A stretch of 64,000 nt of DNA. Source: Eledone cirrhosa (Eukaryota). Of the stretch, positions 27,901 to 39,607 are shown piece after piece (position 1 is the stretch's first letter; each line of letters opens with the position of its first letter). The DNA lies in assembly GCA_964016885.1 (NCBI GenBank), contig OZ024743.1, positions 118,234,001 to 118,298,000 on the forward strand, given 5' to 3'. Under the pieces are notes generated by a model. The model saw nothing but the letters and a program-made list of their open reading frames with translations. It was not told where the DNA came from and made no database searches. The position numbers and the translations under genes were made by a program.

Positions 27901-28346
27901 TCTACAGGCATGGAGGTGCCGTCAGCCGTGCATGTCTGAGATGCGCGCAGGGCGACGAAACCGTCATGCACGCACTCGTCCAGTGTCCGAAAATTGCTGA
28001 CTTGTGGGTTTATGTCGAACACCTGCTGTCGCGTGTAGGACTGATCCGGCTATCATCTGAGTCCATCGTGAGGATTGCCCCGCCCTCTTCCTTTGGCGGA
28101 CTGAGCGCAGTATTTATCTGTCTGGTGGCCATGGCGAAAGAGATAGTATGGTGGACACGTTTGAAAGGGCTGAAGACGAGCACTTACCTCTTCGGTGATG
28201 CCCTGATTAACTTTTTCAAATTTCATTTGAAAAGGAAAATCAGGGTAGAGAGGGAAGTGCTCTCTTCCAAGCATTTTGTTGAAAGATGGGTGAGAGAAGC
28301 AAGAATGGCCCGAGTGAATGGACCTACTCTGAGTACGTATCTGTAA
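24919..28346 (+). pseudogene. Tx1-like ORF2 (APE endonuclease, reverse transcriptase, C-terminal zinc motif), disrupted
   Basis: MTSLRIGSINARGL, SET, GDWN, DH (APE); KSPGLDGLP, FRPITLL, YADD (RT); CLRC..ETVMHALVQC; split over several frames. Confidence 0.92.
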
Positions 28347-28587
28347 ATTAAAGGTGGAAAACTGGGAGAGGGCACTTGCCTTGGTGGTCAGGGTTACTGT
28401 GGCCTTTTACTGGGCTTTCTCCACAAATGTCCCTCGGAAGTCTCCCCCCTATTAGGGAATTTTTCTTTGTTATTTTATTACATCCTCTGTTTTTTACACG
28501 CAGAAATGCACATTTGTACCGTCCTGTATTGTCCTGTACTGTCCTTAATGTCTACTTTATGTAAACCCTTGTGGTTAATAAAGAAAA

Positions 28588-28624
<37 letters not shown>

Positions 28625-31600
28625 GTTCTTTGACTCTATGTCATTGACGCTATTTAACTGGAAAGTTTGTTGAAATGAATATCAAGCCACTACATGCAGC
28701 CTCAAATATTCAGGACGTATCGCAGGGTTCTTGCTGTTCCCAGCAAGCATGCCTTTTGGAGTGTTCCAAAAAGCGGGGAGGGACCAATTTTCTTTAACCA
28801 TCCTTGGAAAATCTTTGAGATAGTACCTAGTGCGCCTATGACAATCGGGACCACTTTGACCTCATGGCTGTTCCAAATTCTTTTTACCTCCCACTTTAAG
28901 TCCTGGTATCGGTTAATTTTCTCCCTCTCCTTCTCTTGCACTCTCGTGTCGAATGGGCAGGCTACATCCACAATCAGGCACGATCAGTTTTCCCTTGTCC
29001 AAAACCACCAGGTCAGGTCTATTGTGTTCCAGTTTCTTGTCCGTCTGTATCCTAAAATCCCACAGCACCTTCACCTGATCGTTATCCATCACCCACTCTG
29101 GCTTATGCTCATACCACTTCTCAGAATGTGGTAAATTGTTTACTTTGCATAGGTGCCAGTGGATCACCCTGCTCATCACATCATGACTCCAGCCTTTATA
29201 GTGGGTCTGGGCTAGGTGTTTACACTCAGATACAATGTGAGCCACAGACTCCTCTCTCTCCACAGATCCTACACAGTGGGCTAGCTTCCGCCTTGTAAAT
29301 ATGGTGTTTCAGCCACTTCGTTTTGAGGGCCTGCTCTTACGCAGCCATTAGCATTCCTTCTGTAGCCTTTTTAAGGTCTCCTCTATTCAACCAGTTCCAT
29401 GTCTGTGGATCTCTAAATTCAGTTTTCTCAAAGAAGGTACTATGAAGGGATTTTTCATGAAGGTTGCTCTTTCTCCTCGTTGTTATTTCCTCCTTGGACA
29501 TCCCCTGGTCTATTGTCCTCTCCTTCAGTACAATTCTGTGCATTGGCTCCCTACTATCAGTCACGTTTTTGTGTAGGTTGTTTTTCTCCATCTAAACACA
29601 GTCACCTCTGCTGATAAGACCTCTTCCACCTTCAGATCTCCTTAAGTAGAGTCTATCGACATCACTCCTCTTGTGGAACATGTTGTAGATAGTCAATAGC
29701 TTCCTAGTATTCCTATCCTTTTCTTTTTGTTCAGCAACATTCCATCTCAGAATTCCCGCACTGTACCTAATAATAGACACATCTCGGGAATTTATTGCAC
29801 TTATGGCATTCCTACTGTTCAGATGTGACTTTAACACGCTCCTTACTCTCCGAATATATTCAGATCTTATCAATTCCTTCATTTTTTTGTTCTTGATGTC
29901 ATCAGCCTCCAGAACACCCGAATACTTGTATCCTTCTTCGGTATGAATTTCCTTTATCATCTCACCTGTTGGTACCTGGATTCCGTTGCCTCTGCTCAAT
30001 TTATCCCTCTTCATCACAAGGACTCCACACTTACTAATACCAAATTGCATACATATATCATTGCTGAAAATACGGACAGTGTCAACAAGCACATCCAACT
30101 CCTTCTCACTGTTCCCGAAGAGCTTAAGATCGTCCATGAAGAGGAGGTGATTGATGGTAAGCTCTCCTTTCCCAACTTGTATCCTGCTCTCACTTTTCGC
30201 AGTATAATGGTCAGGGCGATCAAAGCAAGGACAAACAACAGAGTGAACAAACTATCTCCCTGGAAGATACCTCTCTTGATCTTCACGCCTCCTAAGGATT
30301 CTCGGCCCGATGTTAACTCTGTTTTCCAGGACTTCATACTTTTGCTCAACAACTGTCTGATGTTATCTGCCAGCCTGAAGATCTCTAGGCTTTTGGTTAT
30401 CCAAGAATGAGGTACCATGTTGAATGCCTTTTTGTAGTCTATCCATCCCATGGCAAGACCAGTGTGTCTCCTCCTGCAATTCCTCATTACCATCTTATCA
30501 ATAAGTAACTGGTCCTTTGTACCACGGGACTTTTTTCGGCATCCTTTCTGTTCGTCCGGTAACAAGTTGTTTATTTCGAGGTGATGGTAGATTTCCTCAG
30601 ACACAATGCTTGTTAACAGTTTCCTCATTGCGGACAGACATGTGATAGGTCTATAGTTGGTAACATCATTACCCTTGGTTCGGTCTTTTATTACCAGAAC
30701 TGTGGTACCTTTAGTCAATCACTCTGGTACCTCACCTGACATCAAGCAGTCATTGAACATGGTTATCAGTTTCGGGTGGAGGGATGTTATATTTTTAATC
30801 CAAAACCCCTGCACACCATCTGGACCTGGTGATTTCTAGTTGGTTAGTTTTCTGGCCTGCCCCTTAAGAGTTTCAACTGTGATACTCAAATCAGTTTGTT
30901 GGTGTTCCTCTTCACTAATCTTCTTTTGTACTGTCTCAATGCACACTGCCTGATCATTATGTTCACATCCTGCTCCCTTATTCCTCTCCAGAATGTCTTA
31001 GTTTGTTCCGCCTCACGGATCAAGTCGTTGCCTCTTTCTTTCCCTTCAAGCTGTCCAAACAACATCTGGTTGTTGTCAAACATGCGGTTCTGTCTATACT
31101 GACTGACTCTGCTCTCGTATCACCTAATCGTTCACTCTTTGCTACAATGCGTTGTTTCAGTTCCTTTATGATAATATTTAGATTTTTCCTCCTAGTTTTG
31201 TACTTTATTTCCAGTCTATTTTTAGTTTTGTGGTGTCCCATTCAGTAGGGACACCAATGTCATTTCCCATTTCCCTGATTTGACAATTCAGTCGTTTCTT
31301 CCACCAAGGTTCTGATCTTTCTTGTTTGTTGTTTCCTCTCGCTTTTATGCCAAGTATTTTCCTCACCGCATTTGCTGTTGCTTTGAGGGTATGTTTGCAC
31401 TGGTGAAGGTTCCTCGCCTCAAAGTATGGGATGACTTTGTTTACATTAGCTGTTGTTTCTTTTAACTTTTTCCTGTCTACAAATCTTAGGTTCATAGGTT
31501 TCCCACTATCTTTGTTCATTTCATCTACCACTAAGTTTAGGATATCAACCAAATCTTGTTCTAGCCCGTCAGCATTCATTTCCTCAATGGCCGTATCTTT

Positions 31601-33157
31601 GTTCCAGATATTATTTATTTCAGCATTCAGATCATTGTCTGCTTCGGATGCTTCCTCCGTTCTCTCAACCTCTTCACCTTCATCTGCCACTGGCTCGTTT
31701 GCCTGGCATACTCCACTTTCCATTTCCAATCTAATCTCTCTGCTGAGTTCCTCCAGTTCCAGCTCGCTTATCCACCCATTAGTTCTTATTACCCGAGCCT
31801 GCCCGACCAATTTTTGTTCATCTAATTTAAATAGACCAATCTCATTCCAGATGCTATGCATCCGTTTCCTATAGCCTTTTTCCTTGGGGTTACTCTTCGG
31901 GTAACATTGCATAACAGTTCTATTCAATTCTTTCGTCCAGTTGGTTCTGGTCCCTTTCCTTCTTCTTCTTCCTCCAACACCAGCAGTATTTGGATGACAG
32001 CCAGGTACCTGCTGCTGGGTCAGGGAGCACCTGCTGGATGAGAGTCTGTCACATAACATTCCAGTCTCCACTTCACCGTTATTCGAACTGTTTACGTTCG
32101 TCATTTAAACACTGATATCGAGGATTGGTGAATATATGGTTACATAACCACCGGTGATTTCATCACCCCCAGTGATTTGATCACCCCCGGTGATTTTAGC
32201 GTGGCACTATCACGCTGTAGACGAACATAAATAAATAAACAAATAAATAGGTAAAAACCTAAAAAAATAAGCATCAGTTTCATTGTAATGTAATTTTGAA
32301 TGTCTGACTTAGTTTTTTTCGTTTGTTTGTTTGTTTGTTTGTTTGTTTGTTTTTCTTTTCTTTTTTCTTTTCTTTACGTTTTTCGTTGCTGCTGTGCTGT
32401 TTTGATTTTGATTTTTGATGTTTTGATTTTTTGACCGGGTCATCAAATCAGTCTATTTATATCTTTTGATACCTTCCTCACTTAGTGGGAATACTACGAT
32501 CCCTCTGTCTTAGCAGGAGGTAGTGGGAGAGAATAGCGGCGGTAGCGATAATGTGGCAGTGGTCGTGGTGGTGATGTGATAGTAGTACTTAGCAGGAGGT
32601 AGTGGGGGAGAATAGCGGCGGTAGCGATAATGAGGCAGTGGTGGTGGTGGTGATGTGATCGTAGTACTGTAGTGATGGTGTTGAAGTTGAAGTAGAAATA
32701 GAAGTTGAAGTATCAGTTGGCTTGGCTAGATGTTTTTGTCTGGGAGTGGTGATGTGATCGTTGGCTTGGCTAGATTTTTTTTGGTGGTGGTGGTGATGTG
32801 ATCGTAGTACTGTAGTGATGGTGTTGAAGTTGAAGTAACAGTTGGCTTGGCTAGATTTTTTTTGTGGTAGTGGTGATGGTGGCGGTGGTGGTGTTGGTGG
32901 TGAAATTGTTTGACTGTCTGTCCACGTAGCGATTTTCCTCTTTTTTGACTATAACATTTCTGATCCAAAATTAAAAATGAAATGTTGCGGCCCTATGCCA
33001 TAATGTGATGCGTTGTCCCTTGCTGAGAGTGAAATACTGTAATCTTATGTTTCATTTGTAATAAGAATTATTCTATCACAGTTGTTTTAAATATGTAAAA
33101 ATCAAAAACTTGCGGTAGCGATTCCATAACACTATATCCACCAGAGGGTCGGACGGC
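28625..33157 (-). mobile_element. Full-length but decayed R4/Dong-like retrotransposon (copy 1; ORF remnants 28702-32104)
   Basis: ORF pieces are colinear with and highly similar to the 1130-aa ORF; about 1-kb 5' UTR whose end is homologous to copy 2; flanked by (ATT)n. Confidence 0.92.
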
Positions 33158-33172
33158 ATTATTATTATTATT

Positions 33173-33355
33173 GCGGTGGATTGGCAGTATCGGTAGAGGG
33201 TTGGACGCCATGCTTTCCAGCATAGCTACGTCCCTTTACGATCTGAGTTCAAATCCCGCCGAGGTTGACTTTGCCTTTCATCCTTACGGGGTCGATAAAA
33301 TAAAGTACCAGTAATACACTGGGTAATTGCTGGCCTTGTGCCTAAATTAGAAACA

Positions 33356-33397
<42 letters not shown>

Positions 33398-33409
33398 GTT
33401 ATTGTTATT
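33173..33409 (+). mobile_element. tRNA-derived SINE, short subfamily, with (ATT)n tail
   Basis: Head, core and tail as in other copies; lies between two Dong-like elements. Confidence 0.92.
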
Positions 33410-33483
33410 CCTTGAATCTCAGTCATTGATGTTGGTTAACTGGAAAGTCCGTTGGATTGAATATCAAGCCACTACCTGCAGCC

Positions 33484-36400
33484 TCAGATATTCAGGACGT
33501 ATCGGAGGGTTCTTGCCGTTCCAAGCAAGCATGCCTTTTGAAGCGTTCCAAAAAGCGTGAAGGGGCCGATTTTCTTTAACCATCCCTGGAAACCTTTGGA
33601 GATAGTCCCCAGTGCGCCTATGACAATCGGGATCACTTTGACTTCATGGCAGTTCCAAATCCTTTTCACCTCCCACTTTAGGTCCTGGTATCGGTTAATT
33701 TTCTCCCTCTCCTTCTCTTGCACTCTCGTGTCGAACGGGCAGGCCACATCCACAATCAGGCACGATCTTTTTTCTTTGTCCACAACCACCAGGTCAGGTC
33801 TATTGTGTTCCAGTTTTTTGTCCGTCTGTATCCTAAAATCCCACAGCACCTTCACCTGACTGTTCTCCATCACCGCCTCTGGCCTATGCTCATACCATTT
33901 CTCAGAATGTGGTAGATTGTTTACTTTGCACAGGTGCCAGTGGATCACCCTGCACATCACATCGTGTCTCCAGCCCTTATAGTGGGTCTGGGCTAGGTGT
34001 TTACACTCGGACACAATGTGAGCCACAGTCTCCTCTCTTTCTCCACAGATCCTGCACAGTGGGCTAGCCTCCTCCTTGTAGATATGGTGCTTCAACCACT
34101 TCGTTTTGAGGGCCTGCTCCTGCGCAGCCATTAGCATTCCTTCTGTAGCCTTTTTGAGGTCTCCTCTTCTCAACCAGTTCCATGTCTGTGGATCTCTAAA
34201 TTCAGTTTTCTCAAAGAAGGTACTATGAAGGGATTTTCCCTTAAGGCTGCTCTTCCTCCTTGATGTTATTTCCTCCTTGGGTATCCCCTGGCCTACTGTC
34301 CCCTCCTTCAGTACAGCTCTGAGCATTGGCTCCTTACTATAGGTCACGTATTTGTATAGGTTGTTTTTCTCCATCTGAACACAGTCATCTATGCTGATAA
34401 GACCTCTTCCACCCTCAGATCTCCTTAGGTAGAGTCTATCGACATCACTCCTCTTGTGGAACATGTTGTAGATAGTCAATAGCTTCCTAGTATTCCTATC
34501 CATTTCTTTTTGTTCAGCAACATTCCATCTCAGAATTCCCGCACTGTACCTAATAATAGACACAGCTCGGGAATTTACTGCGCTTATGGCATTTCTGCTG
34601 TTCAGATGTGACTTCAATACGCTCCTTACTCTCCGAATGTATTCAGTTCTTAACAATTCCTTCATTTTTTTGTTCTTTATGCCATCACCCTCCAGAACGC
34701 CCAAATACTTGTATCCTTCCTCAGAGTCAATTTCCTTTATCATCTCACCTGTTGGCATCTGGATCCCGTTACTTCTGCTCAACCTACCCCTCCTCATCAC
34801 AATGACTCCACATTTACCAATACCAAACTGCATACATATATCACTGCTGAAAATACGGACAGTGTCAACAAGCACATCCAACTCCTTCTCACTTTTCCCG
34901 AAGAGCTTAAGATCGTCCATGAAGAGGAGGTGATTGATGGTAAGCTCTCCCCTTCCCAACTTGTATCCTGCTCTCACTTTTCGCAGCATAATGGTCAAGG
35001 GCATCAGGGCAAGGACAAACAACAGAGGGGACAGGCTATCTCCCTGGAAGATACCTCTCTTGATCTTCACGCTTCCCAAGGATACTCCAGTTGATGTCAA
35101 CTCTGTCTCCCAGGACCCCATACTCCTGCCCAGCAACTGTCTGATGTTATCTGCCACCCTGAAGATCTCCAGGCTTTTGGTGATCCAGGAATGAGGCACC
35201 ATGTCAAATGCCTTTCTGTAGTCTATCCATCCCATGGCAAGATCAGTGTGTCTCCTCCTGCAATTCCCCATTACCATCTTATCAATAAGCAACTGGTCCT
35301 TTGTACCACGTGACTTCTTTCGGCATCCTTTCTGTTCGTCCGGCAACAAGTTGTTTGTGTGGAGGTGATGGTAGATTTCCTCAGACACAATGCTCGTCAA
35401 CAGTTTCCACATTACGGGCAGACATGTGATAGGTCTATAGTTGGTAACATCATTACCCTTGATTCGGTCTTTCATTATCAGAACTGTGGTACCTTTTGTC
35501 AACCACTCTGGCACCTCACCCGACACCAAGCAGTCATTGAACATGGCCGTCAGCTTCGGGTGGAGGGATGTTAAATGTTTAATCCAATACCCCTGCACAC
35601 CATCTGGGCCTGGTGATTTCCAGTTGGTTAGTTTTTTGGCTTGCCCCTTAAGAGTTTCAACTGTGATACTCAAATCAGTCTGTTGCTGTGCCTGCTCACC
35701 GATCTCCCTCTGTACTGTCTCAATCCACCCTGCCTGGGCATTGTGTCTAACATCCTGCTCCCATATTCCTCTCCAGAATGTTTTAGCTTGTTCCGCCCCA
35801 GGGATCAAGTCGTTGCCTCTTTCTTTCCCCTCAAGCTGTCCAAACAGCATCTTCTGGTTGTTGTCGAACATGCGGTTCTGTTTATACTGACTGACTCTGT
35901 TCTCGTATCGCCTGATTTTGGCACTCTTTGCTACAATGCGTTGCTTCAATTCCTCTATGATAATATTTAGCTTTTTACTCCTAGTTTTGTATTTTATTTC
36001 CAGTCTATTTTTAGTGCCTATGTTTTTTAGTGTCCCATTCAGTAGTGACTCAAGCTTTCCTATGTCATTTCTCATTTCCCCGATTTGCCCACTCAGTCGC
36101 TTCTTCCACCACGGCTCTGCTCTTTCTTGTCTGTTGTTTCCTCTCGTTTTTATACCAAGTAGTTTCCTCGCCGTATTTGCTGTTGCTTTGAGGATATTGT
36201 TGCACTGGTGAAGACTCCTCGCCTCAAGGTATGGGATGACTTTGTTTACCTTAGCTGTTGTTTCTTTTAACTTTTTCCTGTCTACAAATCTTAGGTTCAT
36301 AGGTCTCCCACTATCATTGTTCAACTCATCTACCACTAAATTTAGGATGTCAACCGAATCTTGTCCTAGCCCGTCAGCATTCATCTCCTCAGTGGCCGTA

Positions 36401-36876
36401 TCTCTGTTCCAGGTATTATTTATCTCAGTATTCAGATCATTGTCTGCTTCGGGTGGTTCCTCCGTTCTCAGGACCTCCTCACCTTCATTTCCCGCCGGCT
36501 CGCTTGTCTGGCATACTACACCCGCCATCTCCAAGCCATTCTCTCTGCTCAGTTCCTCCAGTTCCAGCTCGCTTATCCACCCATTAGTTCTTATTACCCG
36601 AGCCTGCCCGGCCAATTTTTGTTCATCTAATTTAAATAAACCAATCTCGTTCCAGATGTTATGCATCCGTCTCCTGTAGCCCCTCTCCTTGGGGTTACTT
36701 TTCAGGTAGCATTGCATAACAGTTCTATTCAATTCTTTCGTCCAGTTGGTTCTGGCCCCTTTCCTTCTTCTTCTTCCTCCAACATCAGCAGTATTTGGTT
36801 GACAGTCAGGTTCCTGCTGCTGAGCCAGGGGGCACCTGTTGGGTGAGAGTCTGTCACATGACGTTCTAGTCTCCAT
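33484..36876 (-). CDS. R4/Dong-clade polyprotein: N-terminal Myb-like region, reverse transcriptase, zinc knuckle, restriction-like endonuclease (1130 aa)
   Basis: KSPGPDG, YRPITCL, DYRKAFD, QGDSLSPLLF, FMDD, YKYLG; CRICGEREETVAHIVSEC; RHD; RPDLVVVD..IVDV..EKINRY; no internal stops. Confidence 0.95.
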   Translation of the reverse strand: METRTSCDRLSPNRCPLAQQQEPDCQPNTADVGGRRRRKGARTNWTKELNRTVMQCYLKSNPKERGYRRRMHNIWNEIGLFKLDEQKLAGQARVIRTNGWISELELEELSRENGLEMAGVVCQTSEPAGNEGEEVLRTEEPPEADNDLNTEINNTWNRDTATEEMNADGLGQDSVDILNLVVDELNNDSGRPMNLRFVDRKKLKETTAKVNKVIPYLEARSLHQCNNILKATANTARKLLGIKTRGNNRQERAEPWWKKRLSGQIGEMRNDIGKLESLLNGTLKNIGTKNRLEIKYKTRSKKLNIIIEELKQRIVAKSAKIRRYENRVSQYKQNRMFDNNQKMLFGQLEGKERGNDLIPGAEQAKTFWRGIWEQDVRHNAQAGWIETVQREIGEQAQQQTDLSITVETLKGQAKKLTNWKSPGPDGVQGYWIKHLTSLHPKLTAMFNDCLVSGEVPEWLTKGTTVLIMKDRIKGNDVTNYRPITCLPVMWKLLTSIVSEEIYHHLHTNNLLPDEQKGCRKKSRGTKDQLLIDKMVMGNCRRRHTDLAMGWIDYRKAFDMVPHSWITKSLEIFRVADNIRQLLGRSMGSWETELTSTGVSLGSVKIKRGIFQGDSLSPLLFVLALMPLTIMLRKVRAGYKLGRGELTINHLLFMDDLKLFGKSEKELDVLVDTVRIFSSDICMQFGIGKCGVIVMRRGRLSRSNGIQMPTGEMIKEIDSEEGYKYLGVLEGDGIKNKKMKELLRTEYIRRVRSVLKSHLNSRNAISAVNSRAVSIIRYSAGILRWNVAEQKEMDRNTRKLLTIYNMFHKRSDVDRLYLRRSEGGRGLISIDDCVQMEKNNLYKYVTYSKEPMLRAVLKEGTVGQGIPKEEITSRRKSSLKGKSLHSTFFEKTEFRDPQTWNWLRRGDLKKATEGMLMAAQEQALKTKWLKHHIYKEEASPLCRICGEREETVAHIVSECKHLAQTHYKGWRHDVMCRVIHWHLCKVNNLPHSEKWYEHRPEAVMENSQVKVLWDFRIQTDKKLEHNRPDLVVVDKEKRSCLIVDVACPFDTRVQEKEREKINRYQDLKWEVKRIWNCHEVKVIPIVIGALGTISKGFQGWLKKIGPFTLFGTLQKACLLGTARTLRYVLNI

Positions 36877-37445
36877 TTCACCGTTATTCGAACTGTTTAT
36901 GTTCGATATTTAAACACTCTTATCGAGGATTGGCGAATGTATGTTTACATAGCCATCTGTGGATCCGCCATCCCACTTGGCCCTTGTGTGGCATTATCAC
37001 CACGCTGTATACGGACACACATAAACAAACAAACACACGGGCAGAAAGGGCCCCAAAAATGAATAAGCATAAGTTTCATTGTAATGTAGTATTCGAATGT
37101 CTGACTTAGTTTTTGTTTTTTAAGTTTTACTTTTTCCCCCCTCTTCTCTGTCCGTCCGCCTGCTTCTCTCTTCATTCTTATTTTCTTTACGTTTTGGGGG
37201 TTTCTTTTTTTGTTTTTGTTTTTCTCTGTTTTTCTCGTTTTTTACTGTTGTTGCTGTGCTGCTTTTGTTGTTTGTTTTTTCTTTTTTCTTTTGAGTCTAT
37301 CTATATATTTTGATGCCTTACACTTTGTTAGTAGTAGGAATTCTATAATGTGGAAGTGGTAGCCAGCAGAGACTGGCGGCGTTGGCGATACTGAGACAGT
37401 GGTGGTGGTGATGTCGATACCGAGGCAGTGGTGGCGGTGATGCGA

Positions 37446-39385
37446 CCGTATTACTGTAGTGATGGTGCTGTAGCGGTGGCAGCAGCAGTGAAGGAGTCAG
37501 GGGGTGGTGGCGGCGGTGATGGGATAGTGGTGGTAATGATGGCCGTAGTGAGCGGTGGCGGTGAAGGTGAAAATGCTGTTGTGTTTAGTGTACACAGATG
37601 ATGGGGTGGGTGGTGTATCTAGTTTCTGGTGTTGGTGAGTTTCGCTGTCCTATATAGTGTAGCCAGAGGAGAGGAGGGGGGGGGGGGGTTCTTCTTCTTC
37701 CATTTATAGCCATTTTATTTTTTTTTTGGATATACAGTGTACAATACAAAGTTGAATATTTGAATATTTGAGCCGTATTACTGTAGTGATGGTGCTGTAG
37801 CGGTGGCAGCAGCAGTGAAGGAGTCAAGGGGTGGTGGCGGCGGTGATGGGATAGTGGTGGTAATGATGGCCGTAGTGAGCGGTGGCGGTGAAGGTGAAAA
37901 TGCTGTTGTGTTTAGTGTACACAGATGATGGGGTGGGTGGTGTATCTAGTTTCTGGTGTTGCTGAGTTTCGCTGTCCTATATAGTGTAGCCAGAGGAGAG
38001 GAGGGGGGGGGGTTCTTCTTCTTCCATTTATAGCCATTTTATTTTTTTTTTGGATATACAGTGTACAATACAAAGTTGAATATTTGAATATTTGAGCCGT
38101 ATTACTGTAGTGATGGTGCTGTAGCGGTGGCAGCAGCAGTGAAGGAGTCAAGGGGTGGTGGCGGCGGTGATGGGATAGTGGTGGTAATGATGGCCGTAGT
38201 GAGCGGTGGCGGTGAAGGTGAAAATGCTGTTGTGTTTAGTGTACACAGATGATGGGGTGGGTGGTGTATCTAGTTTCTGGTGTTGGTGAGTTTCGCTGTC
38301 CTATATAGTGTAGCCAGAGGAGAGGAGGGGGGGGGGGGGTTCTTCTTCTTCCATTTATAGCCATTTTATTTTTTTTTTGGATATACAGTGTACAATACAA
38401 AGTTGAATATTTGAATATTTGAGCCGTATTACTGTAGTGATGGTGCTGTAGCGGTGGCAGCAGCAGTGAAGGAGTCAAGGGGTGGTGGCGGCGGTGATGG
38501 GATAGTGGTGGTAATGATGGCCGTAGTGAGCGGTGGCGGTGAAGGTGAAAATGCTGTTGTGTTTAGTGTACACAGATGATGGGGTGGGTGGTGTATCTAG
38601 TTTCTGGTGTTGCTGAGTTTCGCTGTCCTATATAGTGTAGCCAGAGGAGAGGAGGGGGGGGGGTTCTTCTTCTTCCATTTATAGCCATTTTATTTTTTTT
38701 TTGGATATACAGTGTACAATACAAAGTTGAATATTTGAATATTTGAGCCGTATTACTGTAGTGATGGTGCTGTAGCGGTGGCAGCAGCAGTGAAGGAGTC
38801 AAGGGGTGGTGGCGGCGGTGATGGGATAGTGGTGGTAATGATGGCCGTAGTGAGCGGTGGCGGTGAAGGTGAAAATGCTGTTGTGTTTAGTGTACACAGA
38901 TGATGGGGTGGGTGGTGTATCTAGTTTCTGGTGTTGGTGAGTTTCGCTGTCCTATATAGTGTAGCCAGAGGAGAGGAGGGGGGGGGGGGGTTCTTCTTCT
39001 TCCATTTATAGCCATTTTATTTTTTTTTGGATATACAGTGTACAATACAAAGTTGAATATTTGAATATTTGAGCCGTACTACTGTAGTGATGGTGCTGTA
39101 GCGGTGGCAGCAGCAGTGAAAGAGTCAAGGGGTGGTGGCGGCGGTGATGGGATAGTGGTGGTAATGATGGCCGTAGTGAGCGGTGGCGGTGAAGGTGAAA
39201 ATGCTGTTGTGTTTAGTGTACACAGATGATGGGGTGGGTGGTGTATCTAGTTTCTGGTGTTGGTGAGTTTAGCTGTCCTATATAGTGTAGCCAGAGGAGG
39301 GGGGGTTCTTCTTCTTCCATTTATAGCCATTTTTTTTTGGATATACAGTGTACAATACAAAGTTGAATATTTGAATATTTGAGCC
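37446..39385. repeat. Six tandem copies of an about 325-bp unit in the Dong-like 5' UTR
   Basis: Unit starts at 37446, 37773, 38097, 38424, 38748, 39074. Confidence 0.95.
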
Positions 39386-39573
39386 TTATAACAATATATT
39401 TTGGGTCCGAATTTTTTTGGGGCTCAAGCCGGGTGCTTTACGTAGCATTTGTACTAAGAGTTGTTATTTCACAAATGATTTAAATATGTTAAAAATTCAA
39501 AACTTACGGGAGCGATTTCATGACCTCCGTCACCTCGTGCGTCTTCTTCCCTTATTATTATTATTATTATTAA

Positions 39574-39607
<34 letters not shown>

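Larger units (their letters stand above)
22555..28588 (+). mobile_element. Near full-length, decayed Tx1/L1-clade LINE (copy 1)
   Basis: 5' UTR, ORF1, ORF2 (APE-RT-zinc), AATAAA; (ATT)n on both flanks. Confidence 0.92.
33410..39551 (-). mobile_element. Full-length R4/Dong-like retrotransposon (copy 2)
   Basis: Short 3' UTR, intact ORF, about 2.7-kb 5' region with tandem repeats; (TAA)n on both sides on the element strand. Confidence 0.93.

Noticed and set aside
37585-38802. Four near-identical 79-80 aa ORFs
   Set aside because: By-products of the 325-bp tandem repeat; non-ATG starts, low complexity, frame not kept in later units.
37446-39385. CRISPR-like periodicity
   Set aside because: Whole units repeat with no unique spacers; eukaryotic context.
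39400-39551. HDV-like ribozyme at the Dong 5' end
   Set aside because: Plausible by analogy with R2, but I could not fold a nested double pseudoknot by eye; needs a covariance-model search.
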